The notes under the pieces: model-generated | Database searches by the model: none | What the model saw: only the letters and a program-made list of their open reading frames with translations | What the model was told of the DNA's origin: nothing | DNA from: Lama glama | Taxonomy: Eukaryota | DNA length: 64,000 nt | Assembly (NCBI GenBank): GCA_028534125.1 | Contig: CM052818.1 | Span: 7,380,001 to 7,444,000, forward strand | Reading direction: 5' to 3' | Position numbers and translations under genes: made by a program | Shown: positions 24,491-37,555 of the stretch, piece by piece | Numbering within the stretch: position 1 is the stretch's first letter | Layout: each line of letters starts with the position of its first letter

Positions 24491-25497
24491 GAGATCTTAC
24501 TCTGATCTCTTATCCTAGTTGGCCTTGAAAGAGACAGAAAAAGTTCTCACTGAAGCTATAGTGAGCCAATAACTCATGGGAAGGCTCTAGAAGTCATTTA
24601 TTTTTTCAACCAGCCAATGTAGATTTCTCTCTGGCAAGTGTCCTGTCTGACTGCCTCCCGCTAGGAGTCTGACCCTGTTTACTTCAGTTAATCCCATAGC
24701 AACCCCTCTAGGTATTATTAGTCCTGTTTTAAAGGTGAAGCAACTGAGACTCTGTGGGTTAAGTGACTTTCCCAACTGCAGTAGGTATGTAGAAATATGG
24801 GGAAGTATAATTAGAAGTTAAAAAAAAGTTGAATAAATTTGTAGATAAGATGGATAATTATGGGTACAGAGACTAGAAGAGATGGATATATAAAAGATTC
24901 TTTTTAAGATTCTGTTAAAGATTAGTGAAATTACAGAAGCTTAAAAATTCTTTTACTATTATATTGAGATTTTAATGAAAAAAGTGATTTGAACAAACAT
25001 TTGGACTCCTTCATTGCACCTCCCAAACCACCATGCTCAAACCTTGTGACAGCTTGGCCTCCTTCACCTCACTCCCCTTTTCTCTTTCCCATCCTTCAGA
25101 TCAGATTAGATTGCCTATCTAGTTTCTCCTGTGATCTTATGTTTTCCAAGTACACACACACCCAGTTTTGTGAGATGAGGCCTCTTTTTGGAGTGTCAGC
25201 TCTTTGCTTAGGAAGCCTTGCTCTGATTTGATAATTTTCTGCTTTATGCTCATAAAAACTACTGGGCCGTTTATGGTTCTACATAAATAAAAACATCAGT
25301 GCCTTGTTGTCATGGAGATGAGTCCCTGCCACCTCCAGCCTGTGAGTCTGGCTTGTGCAGCCTGATACAGTAGTCTTCAGAAATCTCCAAGCTCACACGG
25401 AGACAGAATTGACCCCTTAGCATGTCATAGCTTCTGAGATGGGGACAGGTGGCTGTGCCGCTGGCAAACCTTCACTTTCCAGATTGACTTTGCCCAC

Positions 25498-25810
25498 TGT
25501 ATCATTACAGATATTGATTCAGCTGTTGTAATTAAGACCTGAAATAATAGAGACTTAAACCAAGCAGAAGTTGATTTCTTTCTCCCCTAAACAATCCAGG
25601 ATGGATAGAGAGGCTCATCCTTTTGGGGCCCAGGTTCTTTCTGTTTTGCTGCTTTGTTAAATTTCAGTTATTGGCATCATCTGCTTTCTCCAGGTTAGCT
25701 CACCACCGTATCTCCATCCCAGCCAGAGAGATGGAGGAAAGGCGTAAGGAGGGCATAACCTGCCCTGTAACATCCTGACCACGTACTTCACCCATCAGCC
25801 CTTGCACAGG
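25498..25810 (-). mobile_element. MaLR LTR (MLT1-like)
   Basis: tgtatcatt...cagctgttgtaattaagacc...gacttaaaccaagcagaagttgatttctttctc. Confidence 0.5.
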
Positions 25811-25844
25811 AGGTGGAGCTGCACTGCAGGAACATGGCCACAGA

Positions 25845-26200
25845 GAGCAGTGGTTAAGCATGTGGACTCCAGGGCCAGAGTACCTGGATTTGAATCCTGA
25901 CTGTACCACTTGCTGGCTAGTTCACCTTGGACAGATCATTATTCACTCAATGTCTGTTTCCTTATCTATAAAATGGGTATGATGATAAAAATAGTACTTT
26001 TCCCTCAACATTGTTGAAGCTTAAATTGGCTATTATGTGAAAATGTGAGGCTTTACCTTTATATATAAATTAAATATATATAAATGATATAGAAATTTGT
26101 ATATTAAATGTGAAACTTAAATGAGCTGTTATGTGGAAAGTGCTAAGAATAGTGTCTGCCATACAATAGGTATTTTATATGTATGTTAATTAGTATAATT
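25845..26200 (+). mobile_element. MIR with AT-rich internal expansion
   Basis: gcagtggttaagcatgtggactcc...cctggatttgaatcctgactgtaccacttgctggc...tttccttatctataaaatggg...aagtgctaagaatagtgtctg. Confidence 0.8.
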
Positions 26201-26227
26201 ATCATGGAAGCGTTTGGTGCACATGAA

Positions 26228-26395
26228 GTGGTAGTGTTGGGGATGCTGGTGATGATAGTAGTGATGGTGGTGGTGGTGATGGTGGTGATGATAGTAGTCA
26301 TGGTGGTGATGGTGGTGCTGATGGTGTGATGGTGGTGATGGTGGTGATGATAGTAGTCATGGTGGTTATGGGGTGATGATGGTGGTTGTAGTGGC
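26228..26395. repeat. Degenerate (GGT/GAT)n trinucleotide repeat
   Basis: ggtgatgatagtagt(g/c)atggtggt unit repeated about 3 times; source of the His/Thr-rich minus-strand ORFs. Confidence 0.9.
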
Positions 26396-26669
26396 AATGG
26401 TGCAAATGAAGAATCAGGTCATGATGGTCCTCATACACTGTGGTAAAGAGTTTGGAATTTGCTCTGAGTATAATGGGAAGCTGTTGAACCTTTTGAGCAA
26501 GAGTGGGGTGAACTGACTTATAATTTTTAAAGATCTCTCCCACTGCTGGTGTTGAATAGATGGAAAAGGAGGAAGAGTAGAAGCAGGGGGTAATGATTAG
26601 TCAGGAGGCCACCACAGCAGTGCCAGGTGGGTTAGACGAGAATGCTAGTGGAGGAGATGGTGAAGGCAG

Positions 26670-27045
26670 TCAGGTTTCACCCAGAATGTGTCAAGCTCAT
26701 TCTCATCACATGGCCTTTGTATGGTTGTTCCCACTGCCTGGAAATTCTTCACCCAGAACATCTCCTGACTCACCCCCATCACTTGATTCATGTCTTTTTT
26801 CAAATATCATCCCCTCCCAGAGGCCTTCTCTGACCATCTTAGCTAAAACAATAAATCACCCTACCTCATTTATTTTTCTTTATAGCGCTTATGTGAAAGC
26901 ATGTGATTTATTTTTTCATTTACTTCCTTATCTCTGTCTCCCCTACTACAATGTAAATTCCATAAGAGCAGGGACCTGCTTATTTCCCCTCCCGTATGAC
27001 ATACATCAGGTACTCAATAGATACTTGTTGAAGGAATAAACAAGT
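26670..27045 (+). mobile_element. L2 3' end (an opposite-orientation L2 piece lies at about 26400-26665)
   Basis: ggcctttgtatggttgttcccactgcctggaa...agaggccttctctgaccatc...aatgtaaattccataagagcagggac...gtactcaatagatacttgttgaaggaataaa. Confidence 0.75.
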
Positions 27046-28380
27046 GAAAATTCAAAGTGCTAGTGAGAAGGTTGGAAAGCATCACCTCCAAAGGCAGCTG
27101 CACTTGCAGGAAGAAGGAGCCGTTCAGCCACCCCTGCTGGGTGGGGGTGCAGAAGAGATGTAGGTTGTTTGAATTTAGCTCCGAGGTAAGGTTTTATGAC
27201 TTACTTGTTTATTCATACCCCACCTCATTCCAAACAGGATTAGATGTGGCTTAGGAAATGCACAGTGCATTAGTAAAATATAAATGCAGAATAAAATTAG
27301 GATGATGGAAAGGACCAGTCAGAATAGATTGTCTGGATGTCAGGGTCTTATATACCTGAGATGTTATGCGGTGGCAAATGTATCTCTGAGTTTGCTGGTG
27401 ATCAAAAGCAGAAGGCACAAAACTTCCTGTGAAACTAGGTAAGGACACAGAAGGGAAAGTGGGACTGTGGCTGGTGGGAGATTATAGGCGGTTCACTGTG
27501 GATCTCTTTTGAAGAGCTCAGTTGGTGGACCCAGTCTTACATTTCCTCTTGCTCCAATATTTTGGGGGTGAAGAGGAAGAGAGGGCTGGGAGGGAGGAAT
27601 AACTTTGAAAATCCAGCTCTGTAGATGGCCACCCTGTTTTGTCCAGCTCTCTAAGTTGGGCTTCAGCAAACCCAGTTGATGGACCCACTTTGAGAACTCC
27701 AGCCTTGTCACCCACCTTACCGTCCTCTTGTGAGAGATACATCACCCATATCTCACTTTCTGGGTTAAGTTGGAGATACTCCAGGCAGTTACATTTTGTT
27801 TTATCCCCTTGTGCTTACGTGTCTGACCTAAACTCCAGCTGAAGCTGAGGTTCCCTTTAGCCAATTAGCCCATTAGTTCGTTCATTATTTTGGAATGTGG
27901 CAGACGGTCGGAGTCCAATTCATTTTGCAAACTGTGTTCTTTACAGGAGGGCCATTGTTCAAGGAGCAGGGTTACTCACTAGACTGAGCTGAAGGGGCAT
28001 ATCTGGACAGGTCTATTTGGCAGTCAGTCATCAGGCAGCTATGACTGCCCCTGGCTTACCGGTTCTGACTTAACCTTGGTTGCCTCTCCCTTAGCATGGA
28101 TGCTGCACCAAGGGCAAACAAGCCAGGGAAGTCCCAGCCCCTAGAAAGCTAATCAGCTCTTTCCCAGCGGGGTGTAACGCAGTGATTTGACCTCTACTTC
28201 AGCAGCTAATCCTAAGTGGACCCTGCATACCTCTGAGGTGCCGCGGATCATAGTTCTAAATCACAGGTAATGCAAACAGCCCAGAGTCCAGGAGAATAAA
28301 CTGTGCTCGTCTATACAATGGAACACAAAAGAATAAACAGAATGAACTCAGCAATAAAAACAGAATGAACTACTGAAATA

Positions 28381-30198
28381 CAGAGATACCTTGTTTTATT
28401 GTGCTTTGCTTTATTGCACTTTGCAAATACTGTGTTTTTTACAGATTGAAGATTTGTGGCAACTCTGCATTGAGCAAGTCTACCGGCGTTAGTTTTACAA
28501 CAGTAATTGCTCACTTGGTGTCTCTGTGTCACGTTTTGGTAATGCTCACAATATTTCAAACTTTTTCGTTATATTATGTTTGTTATGGTGATCTGTGATC
28601 AGTGATCTTTGATGTTACCTTTGTAACAGTTTCGGGGTGCCACAAACTACACCTGTGCAAGAGAGAAAACTTAATCAATGAACGTTGTATGTGTTCCGAC
28701 TGCTCCACTGATGAGCTGTTCCCGCATCTTGCTCCCTTTCCTTGGGCCTCCCTAGTCACTGAGACACAACAGTATTGAAACTAGGCCAATTTATCAGGTA
28801 ATTCAGGCTACACTAAGCAACAGATTTTCAGTGTAGATGAAACAGCCTTCTCTTGGAAGAAGATGCCATCTAGGACTTTCATAGCTAGAGAGAAGTCAAT
28901 GCCTGGCTTCAAAACTTCGAAGGACTGGCTCTCATGTAAGGGCTAATGTAGCTGGTGACTTGAAGTTGAAGCCAATGCTCGTTTACCATCATTTACCGAA
29001 AGTCTTAGGGCTTTTAAGAATTATGGTAAATCTACTATGAATGGAAGGACAAAGCATGGATGACAGCACATCTGTTGACAATGTGGTTTACTGAATATTT
29101 TAAGCCCACTGTTGAGACCTGCTGCTCAGAAACAAAAGACTTGTTTCAAAATATTACTGCTCACTGACAATGTACCTGGTCACCCAAGAGCTCTGATAGA
29201 GGTGTACCAGATTAATGATGTTTTTATGCCTGCTAATGTGACCTCTATTCTGCAGGCCACGTATTAAGGAGTTATTTTGACTTCCAAGCCTTATTATTTA
29301 AGAAATACGCTTCGTAAGGCTATAGCTGCCATACATAGTGATTCCTCTGATGGATCTGGGCAAAGTCAATTGAAAACCTTCTGAAAAGGACTGAACTCCT
29401 CAAAATATCAACATGCACAGAGATTTGGAAGAAGTTAATTCCAACCCTCATGGATGGCTTTGAGGGGTTCAGTGGAGGAAGTAAATGCAGATGTGGTGGA
29501 AATAGCCAGAGAACTAAAATAGAAGTGGAGCCTGAAGATGTGACTGAATTGCTGCAATCTCATGAGAAAACTTTTAACAGATGAGGAGTTGCTTATTATG
29601 GATGAGTGAAGAAGGTGGCTTCTTGACATGGAATCTCCTCCTGGTGAAGATGCTGTGAAGACTGTTGAAATGACAACAAGGGATTTAGAATATTACATAC
29701 ATTTATTTGATAAAGCAGTAGCAGGGTTTGAGAGGATTGAGTCCAGTTTTGAAAGAAGTTCTACTGGGTGTAAAATGCCACTGAACAGCAGTGCGTGCTA
29801 CAGAGAAATAATTCATGACGGGAAGAATCAATCGATGCAGCAAAGTTCATTGTTGCCTTATTTTAAGAAATTGCCACAGCCGTCCCAACCTTCAGCATCC
29901 ACCACACTGATCAGTCAGCAGCCATTAACAAGCAGCAAGACCCTCCACCAGCAGAGATTACGACTTGCTGAAGGCTCAGATGATAGCATCATTTAGCAAT
30001 AAAGTACATTTTTAAAGACATAATGCTAATATTGCATGCTTAGTAGACTACAGTACACTATCGTTTACACTACAGTATAGTGTAAACATAACTTTTACAT
30101 GCACTGGGAAACCAAAGAATTCATCTGACTCACTTTATTGCAATATTTGCTTTATTGCGGTGGTCTGGAACCAAACCAATATCTCCAAGTTATGCCTG
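28381..30198 (+). mobile_element. Tigger1 (TcMar-Tigger DNA transposon), internally deleted, transposase inactivated
   Basis: Termini cagagatacctt... and ...aagttatgcctg (imperfect TIRs) with TA on both sides (28379-80, 30199-200); DDE-region remnants gtagatgaaacagccttctcttggaagaagatgccatctaggactttcata ([17 protein letters not shown]); inserted in an L1M 3' fragment (about 28310-28380 and 30201-30420). Confidence 0.95.
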
Positions 30199-31129
30199 TA
30201 ATGTGGATGGATCTCTGAAACCTATTCTGTGAAAGAAGCTGGGCCTAAAAGCAAATAATGTATGATTCCATTTATATGAAGTCTAGAACCTATGAAAACC
30301 AATCCATGGTGATAGAAATCAGAACAGTGGTTGCCCATAGGGTTGTGTATAACTGGAGGGGGAATGAGAGAGAGAACTTTATGGCGTAATGGAAACAAGG
30401 CGTGTCTTAACTGAGGTGGTGGTTTTGCCTCAAAAACTGACCACCATCTTGCAGCTATGTAACCTCAGGAAGCCTACTTAACTGAAGCTTCACTTCCCTT
30501 TTATGTAATATAAGGACACTTCTCTTTATTTTGTATAAATATTCAGCACTTGAGGCCTTACCAAAGCACTTCAACTGCGCTTGGTCCTACAACCATGCGA
30601 ATCAAATGTCATGTATTTTCTTCATCCTCAAGGAAAACTTGAGCCCTGGTGTCAAAATGCCACTCTTCCTGTTCTGCCCTCTGCCCTACATAAAGTTCTT
30701 GTATTCCTTGGTTAGGAGAAGCTGTTTTTCTTGAATTGTACACCAAGCTCAAGAAGATAAATAGATAAAACATCCCTGAAGCCATCTGCAGAGAGAAGAG
30801 GTCCAGTAGGACGTGACTAAAGAGATAAATATGTGCTTTGACTTCTTTGGAAGAGAGATGCTCTCTTTCACCAAGATGCTATTGAAAACAAAGTTACACT
30901 GTGGTGACAAGGCACAGTTAGAAATCAGCCCGCTTCTTCATGGGCCTGGCTTCTACTTGGATCACAGGAAAGTCAGCAAATATTTGCAATAAAAGGAACC
31001 CTGGAGGTTCTTCGCTCTCATTTCCCTTGTGATGAAGGTTGACCCTTTTGTAGAACTCAGGCCATTCATTTTGTATAATTTGGGATTGTCTTATGTTTCT
31101 ACACAAATAGGTTCGTGCTGCACCTCTTG

Positions 31130-31650
31130 GGTAGTCAGACCAGAGCAATGGCGTTACGTGCTCTGGGCATTGCTTCTTATCAGCGGGCACACAACTTCAA
31201 TTGCCCCGCGGCGGGTGGTGTTAACTTTGATCACTTGATTAAGGTAGCATCTACTGGTTTCTACATTCTAAATTATTATCTTTCCCTTTGTAATGAAAAA
31301 GTATTTCATATGGAAGTACTTTAAGATTGTGTAAATAGCCTGCTTTTTCATCAGTCAATTTATCTATTCATTTATTAATATCAATATGGACCCAAAGATT
31401 CCTATCTTATTAAATGGATTATAGTTCATCACCATCGTTATTCTGATGCTCAGATTGTTCCAGACATGTCCAGTGGGAGCTCCTTAGAGCTGGCTTCTGT
31501 GTCCTGTTCCCATCATTCTTTGATTACTTCCTTGCTCTCTGGCACAGGATATTCCAGGCTCATGTATTTTCTCTGTTCTAACCCTAGAATTTCCATGGAG
31601 CCCTGATTCCTCTAAAGGAGAATGATATTTACAAAGCAAGACCTGGATCT
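31130..31650 (-). mobile_element. Old L1M (L1MC/MD-like) 3' fragment
   Basis: gttaactttgatcacttgattaaggt...tgatgctcagattgttccaga...cagtgggagc...ggagccctgattcct. Confidence 0.7.
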
Positions 31651-34370
31651 GTCTGAGCCTTGTCCCCCATCCCTTTAAGCAGTCCTCAGACTCCCAACAT
31701 GACATGGGAACAGGCTGAGGCCTGGACGTGAGCCTGGCAGAGCCCCGTCTCAGGGTACACGTGCTCTCAGTTACTGTAGATAAGCAGGCCAGGCCCTCCT
31801 GTGCCATTGGTGAAGCCTGGGGTTGCAGGGTGGACCCAACCCATGGGACCAAAGCAGCTCCAAGTCCTTTATCTGAGTCCCTCAGGGACCCGAGGAAGGT
31901 CTGCACAGCCAGGGGCTCCAGAGTTAAACTTGAGGGTCTCCAAGAACACAAGAACAAACTCTTCATTTCTGCTTCCTACAAACAGCTGAGGGGGGAAGTT
32001 ACAAAGGAAAAAGCAGGGGTAAAAGGGATGGCGGGCAGGAAGGGGGCAGTCTGTCTGAGATGTAAGTGTGCCTTCACCACGTCAGGCAGACTAAGCTGGT
32101 GAGGGCAGTGTACCTGGCAGGCGCTTTTCACAGTCTTTGCTTAAGCTCCTCTCTGTGCTGGGCACGGCCCCCAGCTGCAGGGCTTAGTTCCAGCTCACAG
32201 CCTAGCAAGACCCAAAAAGGGGACATAAACATTACATAGGAGAGCAAAGGGGAATTGGGACCAGGCTGATCACGAACTCCACCTGCCATTTCTAACGGCT
32301 GCAACAGGGGCAGGGGGATCTTTTCAAGTTCATCTTTGTTCACCTACCAGGGAGAAAGCCTTGTAAGAAAAGATATTGCTGGGCACTGTGGGAGGAAAAG
32401 AAGGAAGACTAGGCCGAGTGGATGGGCAAACCAGTTCTGTCCAGAGTGGCTGAGGCTGCTGTTCATTGGGGATGGAGAATCTGAGAAGACACGTGGGCAT
32501 TACTTTCTCAATGGCAGGGATAGACTGTTGGTCTCTGATTCTGTTAGACCACCCTCAGACAGAAGGGGAAGAGATGAAAAGGGAAAGATGTCTTTTGAGA
32601 CTGCAAAGATGAGAACATGTCTAGGCAGATGAATATGAGGGAAGCAAGGTTGCCAGGTCAGAAGCTAGATTATAGGGAGCCTTTGTATGAATTAGGAAAA
32701 GGTGCTCCTTCTAGGTACACAACTCAGTGAGCAAAGAGTGCTTTTGGGCAGATAAAAAAAAAGGATTCAGTCCCATACCCATGCCATACTCAGTTTGGCA
32801 AATAGAGCTCTGGTTGAGTTTCAGCCTCCACACATGCCTTCAGCATGGTGTATTTGTGCAGTATGCAACCTACACAACTGTCCACAGTGGCCAGAAGGGT
32901 CAACTGAATTGTTACTGAGAGAATCTGAATTTTCTGCTTTTCCTGAATGGAGAGGAATACACCACTAGGAACTTTACCTTTCCTGCTGGAGATTTTCTCA
33001 GCCCACTTTGAAGCCTGGTTTGACTGTGGGGAGAAGTATCAGCAGAAGTTCTGACAGGGGAGGGGGAACTGTGCATTACCTCAGGACTTTCCCAGACTGA
33101 GAGGAGGAAGCACATTCCTGGTTCATGATGGATAAACACCCACGAGTGGACGATGAACTCCAGTGAAGACCACACCTAGCATCACCCAGGGAGGGAGAAT
33201 CACCACAGCTTCAGGAATGAGGAAGAAGGCAGGAGACAGCATCCCTTTGGGGCCAAGGGAGAGACTTCTCCCCAGAGATGGAACAGCTGTTCTTCTCCTG
33301 TGACAAGGCTGTGGAGGGAGGCACCTGCATTCCCCAGGCAGCAGGTCACACTCTCTGAGCAGGTGTGGAGGGAGAGAGTGGAGGTGACTCGAGCAGGGGA
33401 GGGGCCCATCACTGTCAGCCAGGTCTCCAGGCCCTGAGGTGTTTCACTTTCTTTCTCCCAATCCCACCACTTTTCCTGGGACCTGAGCTGCTGGTTATCT
33501 GTGTCAGGCAGCCAGCTAGGGCTTACTCAGGCGGGAAAACGCAGGCACCCCAGAGTCTGGCTTTACAACAGGCTTCCAGGCCTGGTCACCGGCCTTGACC
33601 CAGCAGGCCATGACTGAGGTCAGCGCATGGATGAGAGGATACAGGAGGAGTGCATGTGTGCGTGTTCGTGTGTGCATGTGTGTGTGTGTGTGTACGTGGA
33701 GGGGGAGTCTTCATAGAGGGAGTCCTAATCACTGTGTGTCTCCTCATCAGAGCATCTGTACCTGAAACTCAGGGAACACAGCTCCTCAGGTGAGGTAACC
33801 CCTGTGGGAGTCACCGACTCTCTCCCCTTCTTGTGCTGTGGTTGGAAGGAGTAGGAGTTACTGAAGGAAGAAAAGGCTCCTCTTCAGTGGCTGTCCCAGC
33901 CATGGTGTGGGGGCTGTGCAGCTGGACTAGAGGGTTCTGACCTTCGGTGAGCTGGCTACAGGGCTGTGGCCACAGGCCTAGCTCCCCTGAGGAATGGAAG
34001 ACCTACCAGGACCTCGTCCTCATGGTTCACCTTGCTCCTCCCTCCACGAATATTCTCCCTCTCCCTCTGACCTGTCCTCTACCTCATTTCCCCTCCTCTG
34101 TTCCCAATAACTAACCCCTCACCTGCCTGTGATGGGGGAGTGAGCAGGGCAGGAAAGCAGAGTCCCATCTCCGGGGGTGGGGGGAGGCCCACGCCCTCCC
34201 AGTAGGCACTCCTGTGGGAGGGTGAATGTCAGCTCACATCCCTGCCCTGCTCTCTGGAAGCTCTCTCTCCTTCTTTAGGGGCTCCTTGACCCATGAGTGT
34301 CCCCAGAGCCTCAGGCCTGGTGTGGTGACCCAGTCTCCCCAGAGATGTTGCTGGAACTTCACAGCCACAC

Positions 34371-34625
34371 TGTCCGCAGTCTGGTTCCTGGGAGCAGGCC
34401 CTGAGAGGAGGTTTGTGCACAGGTGCTTTTGAAGGCAGTACTCCCACAAAAAATTGCAAGGAGTCGGGAAGTAGGCAGGGTGGGGATGTGGATGTGACCT
34501 TGGTGAAGTCCGACACCAGCATGGCCCCAAGGCACTCTGGAGTGGAAAGTACACCTCAGTGTCTGTACTGCCTTAAGAGAAGGTTCCTGAGCTTATATCC
34601 TGCAGTCAGTCCTTGGCTAAGGTGA
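34371..34625 (-). mobile_element. ERVL LTR fragment (LTR16 family-like)
   Basis: gtctggttcctgggagcaggccctgagaggaggtttgtgcacagg resembles the antisense LTR16 3' end. Confidence 0.5.
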
Positions 34626-35174
34626 CCCTGAAGGGGCGGGGGTTATATGTTCTCAGGGCTTCCTGCTCCTAAAGGAGGAAGTGGCTCCATTAGCCCAGGG
34701 GTGGGCCTCTGAGGAAGCCACGGGTGCAGGTTGTTCAAAGTAAAGCACACACAGCTGTGAGGAGGGATCTGCAAGGATGGGGTGGGGCATCATCAGAGGT
34801 GGAGGGGTGGCTGTTGGCCCCTGGGAACCAGCCGGAATGGGCTAGGGCTGGGCTGGGAGCAGACAAAGGGCTCCCACACTGGTGGTCAGAATGGCCTGTC
34901 AGAGTCGAGCGATTGGGCGCAGTTTTTGAGATCATTCCAGGCATCCCCATAAGTCCTTTCAATTTCAAGGTTTTAGTGGAACTAAGGGAGTTTCATAGCA
35001 GAGTCCAAGGCCTTCTTTTGCAGAATTACATTTCTCCTTCCCACTACGCTTCTTCCCCTTCCTCTTATCACCTGTTTCTTTCATTTTTCTGAATTCCCAT
35101 ATATTGCACCGTTTGTGCCACAGCCAGGGCTGCTTATATTACTTGGCATCTGTGTAGGGGTAGCTTACAGTCGT

Positions 35175-35410
35175 GAGTTCTGTCACAGGCTTTGGAGGTG
35201 GACTTGGACTTGATGCTCAGCTTAGCCATTTACCTACTGTGTGACCTAGGGCAGGTTACTTAACTTCTCTGAGCCTTCCTTTTCTCTATAAACTCTCATA
35301 ATAGCAGTACCAACTTCAGGTGTACTGTGAGGATTAAAATGGGAGGTGCTTAGCAATGTATCTGGCATGATCCAAGCTCGTTAAATGCCAGCTACTGTTT
35401 TGAAATGATA
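35175..35410 (+). mobile_element. MIR
   Basis: gccatttacctactgtgtgacctagggcaggttacttaacttctctgagcct...gtgaggattaaa. Confidence 0.75.
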
Positions 35411-35671
35411 GTCATTATTTTTGTGTGCAGATACGGTGTGCATACTTTACTGCAGTCTCCCTAAGGGCAGGCGCCAGCTGCGGTACCTTATATACCTAAG
35501 CAGGGTGAGGGTGCTGGGGGCAGGAGCTTCCTCTCTGAGGAGATCCTGGTCATTTTGAGTAAGCGGCACAGAGCTGGAAAACTCCGGCTGCTAACCGGCA
35601 TCATCCAGGCAAACGGGACACGGCCTCCTGTCAGGTGGGACACGTGTGCTCAGTGTGAGGGGGACTGCAGG

Positions 35672-36162
35672 TCACACACTCATACATTTTCACACACGCT
35701 GTCTCACACACGCTCACACAACTCAACACACACTCTCATACACATTATCACACACACACACACTCACACATGCTCGCACGCACATTCTCAACACTTTCAC
35801 ACATTCTTGCATACACAGTCGGTCACACATTTTCACACACGCTGTCTCACACATTTTCTCACACACATGCTCACTCAACTCTCGACACACTCACACTTTC
35901 ACAGTCTCTCACTTTCGCACACTCATACACAAACTCTCACATACTTTCTATCACACATACTCTCACTCTCTCACCCTCACTCTTTCACACACACTTTCTC
36001 TCACACACATTCTATCTCACACATTCTCTTCACACATACTGTCACACTCCCACTCTCATACACACACTCTCACACAAACTTTCTCTCATACACACTCATA
36101 CACTTTCATACACATTCTTTCTTACACACTCACACACACTCTCTCACACACCCTCTCTCACA
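35672..36162. repeat. ~490-bp degenerate CA/CT-rich simple repeat
   Basis: Almost G-free (cacacact/cacacattt units) with the duplicated block cattttcacacacgctgtctcacaca. Confidence 0.9.
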
Positions 36163-37379
36163 GATGGAGGATGGCCACTAATACGCTCCTCTACCTTCCA
36201 GGTTCTCAGAAAAACCAATAACCCGTAGTCTCTTTCTGTGTCCGCAGAGGGCTGCTCTAACCCACATAACCTCATTCCATTTCTTTGTGCCAGAATGATG
36301 GTAGAACTCACCTTCTCAAGGTCTTCTAGGAATAGCAGAAAGTTAAAACTCTGGGGAAGACAGTGGGAGGTCGATGGGCCCAAACTCCTGCAGTTTCATG
36401 GGCAATTTTAAATATCTGAAGAAAATTAGGGGGCTCTCTCTTTAGAGAACATATGCTTAAAGCCAACAGATGCAATGCTGTACACACAACTTCAGGGAGG
36501 CAAGGATCCTCCTCCCCAAGACCCATCTACCAGCCCTGGGTAGAGACACCCCATTCTGAAGGATCTGGTCCTGAGCACTAAGAGCTGCATAAAAGCAAAC
36601 ACAAGCAATGCCAGCAGCACCACCCACCATGCCAAGTCTTGTGCCATATATGATGTCCTCTTGCGACTCAAAGAATGGCAGGTGACAATGTCAAACCAGC
36701 GACACATCCCAAGGAGAAACTATCCTTTATGGAATGCTTGCTTCCGAGGCCTCCAGGAGCTTTCTCAGAACCACCCATTTGGTTCCAGACCTCCCAGCTT
36801 TCCGGGAACCACATTTCTGGGCCAGTGAGAGGGCAGGCTTGGAGTGGCTGATGACACATTCCGGGCAGACAGTCCCCAGCCATAGCAAGCAGGGAAGTGA
36901 CCATGGTGGTGAGCTTCCCCGCCCTACAGAGGAGGCAGCAGTAGAACATTGTAAGCGTGGAGGACAATACCACACGGAGCGCCCAGCATGGGAACCTGGG
37001 GACTGAGGTTGGAATGTATTATGATGCAAACACACACACATTGTACAGCTGATGGTGCTGGGTCTCTGAAGGTGCACGCCAGGGCATGGGGTTGGGGACA
37101 GCCATCCATTTCACCTTGCTTGGGACGTGCCTCTGTGCAGGGAGCTAACATTTACTGAGCTTCGTGGTGTACTGGACACAGAGAGGCAGATTCAAGGACA
37201 CAGCCCTAGTCCTCAAAGCACTCACAGTCTATTGGGAAAGAGAAATCTACACTGAACATTCCAGGAAGGTGCCATATGACAGATGCAGGCCCGAGGCACT
37301 CTGGAGCTGAAGTCCTACTGCTAGAAATCATCTGTGGTGAGGAAAGCCTTTGGGAAGCGGGTGCCAGTGTGGCCCTGAG

Positions 37380-37555
37380 TCGAGCTCTCAACCTTGGCTG
37401 TGCGTCAGAATCACCTGGGAAGCTTTGAAAACCAGGCCCCACCCCGACCACGTACATCAGAATCTCTGGGGAAGGTCCCAGCCGTCAGCAGTTTTTCAGC
37501 AGTTTTTAAAGCTCTGCCAGTAATCCCAGTGTGTAGCAGGGTGGAGAGCCACGGC
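37380..37555. mobile_element. MER5A-like hAT MITE
   Basis: ctctcaaccttggctgtgcgtcagaatcacctgggaagcttt...ggccccacccc...cagaatctctgggg...gagagccac. Confidence 0.75.

Noticed and set aside
26143..26543. Poly-His/Thr ORFs
   Set aside because: Translation of the (GGT/GAT)n repeat
29628..29996. 122-aa ORF as a possible domesticated transposase
   Set aside because: Internal Tigger1 sequence; the transposase region has stops, frameshifts and a large deletion
35555..36228. Three long overlapping His/Thr/Ser-rich ORFs (152-208 aa)
   Set aside because: Artefact of the nearly G-free CA/CT simple repeat, which rarely forms stop codons
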